Positions 1 to 11,600 of a stretch of 64,000 nucleotides of DNA are shown in pieces. Below the pieces are notes generated by a model. It was given only the letters and a program-made list of their open reading frames with translations, had not been told where the DNA came from and ran no database searches. The stretch's first letter is position 1, and each line of letters opens with the position of its first letter. The translations under genes were made by a program, and so were the position numbers. This stretch comes from Tubiluchus corallicola (taxonomy: Eukaryota > Animalia > Priapulida), in NCBI GenBank assembly GCA_030141605.1, contig JAQGDQ010000049.1:372001-436000 (forward strand), written 5' to 3'.

Positions 1-136
1 TATGTACCTGTTAATGGTGAGATGGTTAACTTATACGTAATGGATTAATTTACTGTAGTTTAGGTAATAATTAATTTTTGCTTACTCTGTTCTACACTGC
101 TCTTTACTATGTTGATGTCACAACTTATTTGAAGTG

Positions 137-200
137 TTTCCTCAACACTGAAAGATTTCATTACCTTGTTTCCTCAATACTGAAAGATTTCATTACCTTG
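137..200. repeat. 32 bp tandem duplication (intronic)
   Basis: TTTCCTCAA(C/T)ACTGAAAGATTTCATTACCTTG x2. Confidence 0.85.
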
Positions 201-349
201 TGTTTTTGTTGTTATGCTTTAGCATGTCAAACAACAAATGAATCCTTATTTCCTTTAACTGATACAGGGCCAGTAATTTTCACTAGAAGCCATTGTCAAA
301 TGTATGTAATGTATAAAACAATTTTTATGCTTGCGAAATTCTGTTCCAG

Positions 350-3348
350 CAATTTCTGCAAATGTTGTGTGGAGATGACGAGGAACACGCTGTTTTACTA
401 TGTAATTTATTCCTACAAATGGGGAAGAAGGCGTGGCTGTGCATCGGCTCTGCTGTACCACAAGGCCGGACATCTTTCGTCCTGACAAAGGAAGAGAATG
501 AGGCACATTGGTTATGGAGTGCAACAAGTGGTGAACACTACAATACCAGAGATAATTATTGCCCTATGCAGGCTATTTGGTGCTTAGTCGATCAAGAAAA
601 TGTGAGATGTCATTCAAATTTGATTGTGCTGCATTTGTCATTGTGCACGTCACGGAAATGTAATACAAACAAGCTCTCCTTTTACCCTGTGGCGTGAACT
701 TGCAGCTTTTACATTGCAAATGTGATATTTTCAGAATGCAGTTTAAGACTTATTTTAGTTTATTTCAAGCAAAAGCTGATAAGCAGGGTATATTTTTACC
801 TACATTTTTTTGCAAAATTTCCATTATTTGGTTTGTAGATGTTATCATAATACATCACTTTAGTATTCTAGTTTTTTAAACTTTTTGTGAGTGTGCCTCT
901 AGATACTCATTTATTTGCTTCATTTTCCTACAGCTCAATTATGCGCTATACAGCTACAAGTCCGGGAATAATACACTTGTCTAAAGAATTCATATGTAAT
1001 GAAAGTAAGAATTAAGAAAAAGAAATTAGTGTTATTTTATTTGCAAGAAAGTAGTGCAGTTTCTCTCACTTTGCTACAGTCTCTTAAAGTGTAATGCTGC
1101 ATTTACAGTTCCTTAGTTCTAAAACTTGAGAGCTAATCACAGTGCCTTGAAATGTAACTTTCTATTTACATTTTTTTGGTATTAAAGTTTCTGAATTAGC
1201 TAGACTCTTTATATGGTAAATTGCTGTCTGCTGCATATTAATTCTGTTGATGCAGTGAGTTCTTTTACGACTAATTAAACATCTGATTTCAATAGCTACA
1301 CTTCTGTGCTACACACTGTGTGTATTTCAGATATGGGCCAACATTCAGGTGCACGAGCAACCCTCAGAAATGAACTTCAACTTGAACAAGACCAGTAGTT
1401 GGAAACCTTTGTTTAATAAATCTCATCCCAGACCAGCACTCTCAAGTGTTCAGGTAAGTAGAATAGCATTTAGACTATATTTTATTAGACTGGATCAGAC
1501 TTTCTAAGTGAAAAATTGCAAGATCTTATTATTTCTTTGAGCACTTTCAAGCATCTTCTGCAATGGGTTACAATTTATCTATTTGTAACAAGTACAAAAC
1601 TTCTTACAAAAATGAAAATTTTCCTTCTGAATTTTTTTCTGTACATTAGATGTAAGCAGTTATGTTAGCGAAGGAAAAATACAGACTATAAATTTCATTA
1701 CAACGGCTATGGGCTGTATAACGTAATTGTTTTGTATATAACTGAGTTCTATACCTACCGTACTAACATGTCTTACTTTCACTTAATTATATATATTTAT
1801 GTTGTTTATTGATTTGTTTGTATATTTGATGTGCTAGTACCACCAGTGTAAATAAAAATGTTATAGGGGCCCCAAATAACTTTGTAGAGCACCTCTGTGA
1901 CCTTTGACATGAAATTCCTGGTTTTTCTAATTTTTGTGAAGTTGCAATATACTAGGCACTTGTGTATGCTCATTATTAATTAATCAGTAAGATTTTCATG
2001 CTAAATACATGACAGTTTTTTTGTCTTTAGCAACCATGTACATTGTAGGTGGCATCTGTTTCAATGTTTTCAGTTAATCCTGTTCCATTTTCGCATACTT
2101 GTTATTCGTTAAGCTAATAACAAATTACGCAATGCTTGCAATTGAATAATGAAAATTCTTTAATCTTTTCAGCCAGAATCTCTGCATTACATTCAAACAA
2201 GTAAAGATTATGTAAAAGATCTAGAGGAACGCATTGAACGCACGCTGCGAGAGAAGATAATGGAATGGCGTCCACGTCACCTGACTCGGTGGAATCGATA
2301 CTGTACTCAGATTTTCCGGGAAATACTTCCTGGGTACGTTCCCTTCAGCTTACACAAATGCCCAATGACTTCCTGTAAGAAGTAACAGTATAGTCGAAAT
2401 GATTGCTCTTATGTAAAGAATTGAAAAAGCAATCTGTAAAAATTGGTTTAAATGAGCTCGACAATAACTTTACACTAAAGCAAAGCAGAATTAGAACTGA
2501 TCTAATTTATGTCAATATATTGATTGAGATTGAAACCATTTCATGACTTGTTGTTTTCAGTATGGAGCATAGCAAGGGTCAGAATGCTACAGAAGAGCAC
2601 ACGCTGAAACTAAAACCAATTCTGAGTTCTTATCAGGTATACACGAATTTCGATCTTTGTAAAAGGCTTATTGAACTTTAGTTCGTTTAGACCTGGTGCT
2701 TTGGTTCATGCAGTTTGTAATTTGTTGTGAGAATGTGATCACCATTAATTATTGATTTTCCTAAACGACACTGCTGCACTTTACTTTTAAAAAACAATTT
2801 CCTGGATCAAGTAGCAATTTTTGAAGTTCACTGGATCTTGTCTACAGTCAAACCTTGTTATAATTCCTCTTTTATAATGCCAACCTCGCTAAATGCCCAA
2901 GATTTGGAAAAACAATATGTTTATATTTGCATAAACATGTATGTTTTAATGCACCTCGTTATAATGTCAAACTCGCTGTAACTATTTTGAGGAGTCCGAA
3001 AGTGGTTTGACTGTAAATGTTAGACGTTCAGCTGTGTTTCTGTACAGACATCTTTCTATACACACATATACGCTTACCTAACATTCAAATGCTGTCCAAA
3101 ACAAGTGTTTTTTAATTGTTTCCGTTTCACTTGAATCCTTTCACAACACTGTGTTTCAGTTAAGTGGATATCCTCTTCGTATACCATATACTGATATTGC
3201 TACCATAGTGGAATCTGTGGCTTCTACGCGAATGTACGCAATCGAAACCAGTGATGCGGAGTTTGCACTAGCTGTCTACGTTCATCCGTATCCATGCAAC
3301 GTGCTGGCTGTATGGGTTTATGCTGCATCGTTAATCAGAAGGCGTTGA
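350..3348 (+). CDS. CC2D2A: CC2D2A (MKS6) ciliary transition-zone protein, last 5 coding exons; gene starts upstream of the window
   Basis: GT-AG exons 350-601, 1331-1453, 2173-2333, 2561-2636 and 3160-3348 join in frame. They give QFLQMLCGDDEEHAVLLCNLFLQMGKKAWL...IWANIQ...LSSVQPESLHY...KIMEWRPRHLTRWNRYCT...LSGYPLRIPY...EFALAVYVHPYPCNVLAVWVYAASLIRRR*, which matches the CC2D2A C-terminus as I recall it. Confidence 0.93.
2845..3013. mobile_element. Tc1/mariner-pogo type MITE in a CC2D2A intron
   Basis: TA|CAGTCAAACC...GGTTTGACTG|TA terminal inverted repeats with TA target site and internal CCTCGTTATAATG-like repeats. Confidence 0.7.
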
Positions 3349-4775
3349 TAGAGTACCACAAGCAGAGCATGTTGCTACATCAGTTTACATGTTTGTACTG
3401 TGACTTAAAGTACCAAGTGTGGTTTATCTACCAGTTTTAGTACAGTATTACATCGTTATGGCAAACCTGCTAGGGATTCAGAAAAAACTACTCTGTAACC
3501 GATGTACTCTATAAGCATACACATATTAATCACATGGATATGACTACAAGATGGACAAGCATGTATTATTAATGAGTGTATGAATAATATACAATGTGTG
3601 GCTTCATAGAAGATGTAAAGTACTTTTAGAAGATAGTAAATATCAACTACATTGCATTGTATTCAAATTCAATGAAATGTATTTGGTGACTGGAATGAAC
3701 TAAAAATTGATTAACGTTTCACTTTAAATTGCATGTATATGTTCAGCTGTAAATTTATTTGACATGTTTCAGAAAAGTCAATGAGATTAAAAAGTCAGTC
3801 AAGGCAAAGTACTCAATTAAAACTTATAAATACAGTAATGCATGCGGGCATTGGGCCCAACAAAACTGTAATACGTAATAACCGAGTACATTATATTCTA
3901 ACTAACTAATATCTTTCTAACATCAAATACTGGTTTGTTTTATTTGAAATTCTCATGAGCATCGAAAACTGTCAAGACCGTTTTATTACAGTTCCCGTCC
4001 AAAGAATCCGTCCATACCTGTATATAAATTGTATCACTTTTAAATGAACTATTAGGGACTAAAAATATAATGGGTTCATTTGCAGTTGTTGTGTTGGCTT
4101 GTGCAATTTTTTTTTAAATATGAAATGCAGTCATCAATGTTGTTTTGTAGTTATTTATTTATTATTTTATTTATAAAGTACCTATACACAGCTAATAAAA
4201 TTTTTACAAACTATTATGTTGTTTCCATAATAATATTGTTTCAGTATCAATACTGTATCAGTATCAACACAAATTAATACAAAATTGTGTTGATACATAC
4301 TAAGCTCTTAATTTAGCATGTAGTTTAAGTATTTTACGGTAATTATTACAAGTTCTTCATTGCGCTTACAATGAAGCTTTTAGAGTATCAACAAAGTATC
4401 TAAAAAAGAGAACATCTATAGTTAAGTGAGATTATTTATTACAAAGTTTTTTTGATGACTACTGATTTGGTAGAGAAATGAGCCCAAACGAATAATTCGC
4501 CGTATATTCTCCATTACAGACCTACGATTTATTTCTTATTACGATTTTTTTCTGTGCTCCCAAACTAACCCATAACTTTTACTAAACCGCAATTAGCCAA
4601 AAAAAATAACCACATTGTAAAAAAGTTGCACTCTCTGTGGCAATGTATTGCACACATGGTGTGTTTCTATACCATTTTTGCAACACATTCTGTCGATTAA
4701 CCACATTGCCAATTAGGTGTCTGTCGTTTTTCTCTTCAAATGATCACGTTATGTATTAAATCTCGACATTAGACA

Positions 4776-7700
4776 CTAGGTTGTCATTTTTCTTGCTTTC
4801 ATTTTCATCTTTCTCAGTTTCTGCTTTTCTTGGAATTTCCTCGACTTTCTTTTTTTCTGTGCGTCTGCGTGAGCAATTTGTGCAACTAACTTTTGCTGAA
4901 GATTTCGCTCTTTGGCAACAGCAGCAATGGCTGAAGTGTCTGTAATACAAGTGTTAAATTTCAATTATTTTGCTGCTATCATGAATCGAATGACTAAAAA
5001 TTATTTAATATACAACTTTATTAAACAATATTCAAGAACGTTTAACATCTCATAAAAATAAAACAAACATTATTTATGTGTACATGAGGAGCAATATATA
5101 TACACATTAAAAAGCATGATATTTCGACGAAGCAATGCTCTGATTTTACTAAAACCAAACAGATATGAAACAAGTATGATTCAGACTAGCACCAAAAGTA
5201 ATGAGTAATCAGTAAGGAGTAATCATGACAAATTACTTTTCAAAAATAACGAACCCTACACAGATCGTTTAGTGCTCATTACCTAGAAGCAACAAACATT
5301 CGACGCTTTCAAAATTGTACTACTTCTCATGAACTTTCAGAAAAAATAACCTGCTCTCTCACCAAAAATTGTTGGTAAATAACCTGCTCTCTCACCAAAA
5401 ATTGTTGGTAACTGTAATTCACCATGCACTGTAGGATACGACTTCAGGTAGTGTAAGGGAAACACTGACTTCCTAAGAACATCATGAAGCTGCTTCCTGG
5501 CTGACTTGATCTGTTTCCTTGATCTTGCTACCTCATCCGAATCTTTGACGGAGGGTAATCTACACTCAAGTTAATGAACAATTTTCATGGTCAACTTCTC
5601 GGTGACACCACTAAATTAGTATACCATTCATTTACTGACAACATGGCAATGCACTTCTTATTAACGGTAATGATACACATAATTTATTTGTAAAGTGCAT
5701 CAGTCGACAATTATTGTCATTAGATGTGCTATAAAACAGGTCTACAAGTAAGAATGACTGTAATAAAATTTAAGCATACAATAAAATTTCACAATGCAAC
5801 TAATTACACAATATAGTAAAAAGACGGGTTTAAAGACTCATTTTAATGGAAGTTTATTCCATTAATGTGGAGCTACACTGACAAAAGCACACTCATCATA
5901 CAGAATGATGATCCTTTGATGATTGCTGCCCACTAGTGTAAAGAACGTCTAGGAACACAAAAATTGACTAGACTAGTGAGATACGATGTACCAAGGCCAT
6001 ACGAAGATTTAAAAGTAATCAACAATAGTTTGAAAAGAATACGTTATTTAATAGAGAGCCAGTGCAACTCTACTAGAATTGGAGTTACATGATCAAAACG
6101 TCTAGTTTTAGTAACAATTCTAGCAGGTATATTCTGAAGACATTGCAAACAATCAGCTTCATAAGACGGTAAGTGTTGCATGCTGATATGTTAGAAAATA
6201 AGGACATTTTTTTAATATTGCAGCAAAAATGAATATTATTTTCTTGGGGCAACTATAAACATTAGACTCCAGTGGCTGAAAATCAAATTTTCGAATCTAA
6301 AAAAATCAGGAACGTCTGAGGTGAATGGTTAGCGTAGATGCTCACAAAGCACAAGGCTTTGGATTTTATCGTCAGCTGCAGTGCAAAATTTTTCAGACTT
6401 CCTAATTTAGTGATGCTTTTGCGCATCTTTGAATGGGCAAGGCAGTAGCACAGCTGATAAGGAGAGCAATCGCTCCCACGACAACAATTTTAATAATTTC
6501 TTTCATTCATTTCGTGCATTACCTACAGATGACTCATACAAGGTTGCTAAATAAAATTAATATTTAATGAGCAATAAGGATACAATTCATCGTCTAGATC
6601 TATATCCATCGCTTCTGCATTTCGCACAAACCAGTCAGCTTTACTGCTCTGCTTTCGCTGTTGATGCTCTAACTTGTCTAATTGCAGAGCTAGTTTTAAC
6701 CTTTGCTGTACAGCAGGTAAATACTTACTGTCAACTGGGAATGTCGGAAGTACATTCACTACAAAAATACAAGACGAATTTACATAAATTTATTTTAATG
6801 TACAACACATATTAACAACAGTAAAAGCTCTATGGCCACGCACAAGTGTCTTAATTTAAGTACGAGAAAAAAATATTGAGTTAATTATGCAGAGCTATTT
6901 GAGTCAATTACTGACAGTTTTTATGTACGTTTGAATAGGAGCAAGAGGTAGCAGATGTTTTTGAGTCAATTAGGCGATCGAGTCTAACGGCGCCTATTGT
7001 ATAAATGTGGCTATTACCAACTCCAGAAATATAGTTCATAAAATAGTTGTTATTTTAGCCTTTTTCTATTACACTAAATAGATTGTATATAGCACAGCCC
7101 AAAATCTTTCAAACATTATAAATGAGTATTGTTTGTGTGTTTATGTAACTTTGAATAAAGAGATTGTCACCAATACCTTTGTTTAATGTCTTGCACAGTC
7201 TTTTGTAGTACACATTCTCATCTGGACTAATCATGATTAAGCTAAGACCGTCTTGGTGAGCCCTTGCTGTCCGTCCACTACGATGTACATAACTCTGCAA
7301 ATAAATGAAATGTAATTTCATAGAAAAAATATTTCTTGCCATGCTGCAGTCATTAATGAAGTGGAAAAACATTAAACACAAATTTTCGATTTTATTGACG
7401 AATTAGCGCAGTTTACAAAAGACAGGTAATAAAACAAGCAAAGGTGGCTCTTGAATAAGGTGGCTGAAAAACAAGGCTATCCTTCACAAAGAGCTCCAAA
7501 ATTAAAACTAATTAAAACAATAAATCATAATAACAGTATATACCCTAAAACTAAAATGTTTTAATTTGTCTAATATGTCCAGCAGTCATATTTCACAAAT
7601 TTTTTATGCTGCCTATTACAAAAGAATCATCAAGCGTCAAGCCAAAATAACACGTTTTCAACATGGAAGTATTTTAATATACACACTGCCTTACCTCAGA

Positions 7701-8557
7701 TGTCTTAGGCACTTGATAATGAATAACATGTTTAACATTGGGTATATCTAAACCTCTGGCTGCTACATCAGTTGCTATGAGAAGTCCATTTTCCTCCACT
7801 AATATAAAAATTTAATGGTAAGGTTATTTACAGACTAGAAGCAAAAAGGAATTTTCAAGCTTACATTGTATTGCTTTTTGAAACATGTTAGGCATTCAAA
7901 ACAGGTTTAAGAGCATCACCTGTTGATCAAATTATTTGAAAACTAACACATAGCCCACTAGTACTCGCAATAAACGGAGTAGCCTGTACAGACAAAAGTG
8001 CATGTAACTAAGAAACAGGGAAAAGTATTTGACATCCCTTCAGTCACCTAGTGACAATGCTTGTTCTAAAAATGGAAGCATCATTGCATTTGTAAGGGAT
8101 ATTACACTTAAGCTGGATTATAGTCACTTGTCAATCTTACATATGCATTTCTCGTACCTTTTTCAGTTCAATTTAGGTACATCGTTTGCATACAACACAA
8201 CCCAGAAAACGGAAGATCTTGTGTTTGAATCCCAGTGGACATGCAAAATTTTAAAACTTTGTAATTAGTACTGTCTGTGTCTTTGTGATTGTGAACAAAG
8301 AAATCGTCACCAATACCTTTGTTTAATGTCCTGCACAATCTTTTAGAATGTAAATCCCACATGAATTTTTTAAGTTTCTAAAGCTAGAAATTTTTATAGC
8401 TTGAATTGCGACATTTCTGTGTATCTCTTCACATTCAACCTTACTAATTTATTATGCAGACATTTACGCAAACTGTAATACAGTGTGTATATGCCATTTT
8501 CTATGCGTACATTATATCAATTTACTAATGTGTACTGCACCATTCGAGTATGTAATA

Positions 8558-8621
<64 letters not shown>

Positions 8622-11600
8622 GTTACAATATTGGTAATAATAATATTATTAGTATAACTGTTATAATAAAAATATATCTATTGTTGCTTTTCAGATGAGT
8701 TTATTCATTAAATCAAAATGCCCACAATTATTCCTCAAAATGACTGACAACCAATTAAGTATGGATGCAAATTTTGCAAAAATTGCCTTCTACGAGTACA
8801 TTTTCCTGATTTGTTTGCTTGCTGACATTTGTTTCCACACGATTCCATCAACGTGTAGCCAGCATCTGAATAAAAGCAATACAGGCTATTCAGGCAGCAT
8901 ATTGCCATTAACAAAGTAAATAAGTCATGCACAATAGATCATTTCTAATAACTTAGCTATTGTGAGGTGCAATATTCCTATTTAAATGCCTGTACAGTTT
9001 CACTACAGACAGAATGAAATGCACCTGACTACTAATTTCTGTGGCAAAACACCGAGGCAACTTCTCACTGTTTCGTTAATTCTGTGCAGAATAGCAAAAT
9101 GGAAGGTAATGCTTCTGACTACGTGAACACCGGAAACAATACTCTTCAAGTAGCTTTTGATATTTTTTCTATCGTTTTGGGTGTTGCCATCATAATCTTC
9201 AATGTTGTAGTTATCGTGATTATCACCAAGTCGCACAACCTGCACAAGCCGCTCTACTACATTCTGTGTAATCTCTCCATTGCTGATCTCCTAGCCGGAC
9301 TATTCTTAATCATACAAACAACGGCATTCACACTTATGGATCAAAGCAGTAAAAATCTCGTTGCATGCGGAGTTTTATACAATTGTCCAATGCAGTGCAT
9401 CAGTAGCTCTGTATTCTTTTACTTTCTTGCAAGTTTCGAGCGATTCGTTAGCATTGTACATCCATTCCGATATCATACCTTATTCACAGATCGGAAAGTA
9501 AAAATCTACACAGCTTTCCTTTGGGTGTTTTTATTTCTTACGCTCATTAGCAACATTATGTTTTATGTATGGGATGGAAAAATTTTAGATAAATGTCTAT
9601 CAGCTCCTAACGGACTGTTAATGCACACGATAGTAACTTCACTAAAAATCTGGATCCCAATAATGGCAGTTATATTCATCTATATATATGCTATGATTTT
9701 AAAAACAGCTTTAAGGCAGGCACATGAAATACAGATCACCAGCAGGACGTATGACAAGGACTGCCAAGCAGACAATTCTCAGTTTACAGCAAAACTCAAA
9801 CCGATCAAGACTTTAGGAATCTTGGTAGCCATCTTTTATCTAGGCTACGCTCCAAGTGTTGCGTCCACATTTTCATTATACAATCGTGGCGAAACACCTG
9901 TTGTGAATAGGGACAGCTATTATTGGTTTATGCTACCAGCATACTGTAATTCATTAGCAAATGTGTTCATCTATACAGCAAAGTTAGAGGAATTCAGAAG
10001 AGAGATCAAGAAAAACTTGCGATTTTAATGCAAACTTGTACAGCAGCAAAATAAAAACTAAGACAAGATACGAGAAAAATGGTAATACTGTAATATGTAA
10101 ATACTGTAATATTTACTGTAATAATGCAATGTTTACTGTAATATTGTAATACTGACTGTAATACTACAACATTTACAGTAATACTGTAACTGAATGTTTT
10201 GTTTTTAAAATGAAATGATTATTTTGTATTTTGTATTGTGTATTAACTATGGGATTATATATGGAGGTCACATCAGCGACAGCGGTTCATTGGACAGCTT
10301 CATCAGAAGCACAACACTTGCATCAATGTCAAACTGGGTACTTACTTGCTAAGTGAAAAATGAGAAAAATCACATGTAGGCCTATCTTTTGCTTATGCAC
10401 GGTGTATAATGTGCATTTTAATTGAATTGCTAAATTGTTTTGCAGTTAAATTGGTAGGTTTGTAATCGTGAACGCTAGTGCTTTTACTGATGAAATGGAA
10501 ATGGGTCTTACAATTAATACAAGCCTAACATTTTAGTGCCATAAATATTTGTGAATATTTTGCTGCTACTCCGTATACAAGTCTTAAATGAGATACAGCA
10601 GTACAAATTTACTACATTTAAGTTACCAGTACTCCAAAAAAGCAGAAATAAGTAAACTAAACTTTAATCACAAATTATAATCTCTAAAATGTAACTTTTT
10701 GCAGCGATGAATGCTTATGACTTTTCGACCTGGCAGATTCGTCTGGACAAAATCATTTATGCCTCAAAAACAAGTTTCCTGACATTCATTAGAGTTTTTA
10801 ACATGAGTGAGAATTTTATTACCTTGAAAACGTTCAATGTTTTTCAACCGTTGCCGTTGATGCATGGATGCATGTAAAGGTCGAGGATTACACTGCAGTA
10901 AACTGAACACTGCCGTCAGCCGCCGCACACAGTCTATACTGTTACAAAACACTAATGTCCGACCTCGATATCGAAGTATGAAATAGTACATAAAGAGATC
11001 CTAAAAGTAGAATAAAATTAACTAACAAAAAAGCACTCATTTTCAAAATCACACTCGTCAACTTTTCATTCTGACAACAAGTGCATGCAGGCATCATCAC
11101 TGCAACATCAGCTTCCAAGGTAAAAATGAGCAATTACAATAAAAAAAGCCACAAATGTCACATTTATTATCATTTAAAAAGCTAAACGTCAAATAGGTTA
11201 GGCAAGTGATTTTTTTATATTTGTAGATTAGAAATTGTAAAAACTCGATGAAATATGGTCCACAAGTTTACACAACTAATCAGACAGTTTATCTAATTTA
11301 TATAGGTATGTGCATGAATAATCGATTATTTGAAGCTTCGAACATTTTTTACTACTCGATTATCCTATGTACACTGTACTGACTACATGCTGAATGCAGC
11401 CCTAAAGTTTGGCATTAAGAAAGCATCATGGTCCCGATAAAAACAATCCGCTGTCTTTGTTGCCATGGGGAAAAACAGTCATTCCACTGTCAGCTTATTG
11501 CCCTAGGTAATTCACTAGGAACAGCCTTAATTAGTTGTCCTTAGTTTAATTAGCTTCAAAGCACTTAGAACTTGGTATGGTAATATTTTGAAAAACTAAT

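Noticed and set aside
78-485. 135 aa ORF
   Set aside because: Out-of-frame overlap of the CC2D2A intron and exon, with no recognisable motif.
8483-8698. Poly-Asn ORF
   Set aside because: Translation of an (AAT)n microsatellite.
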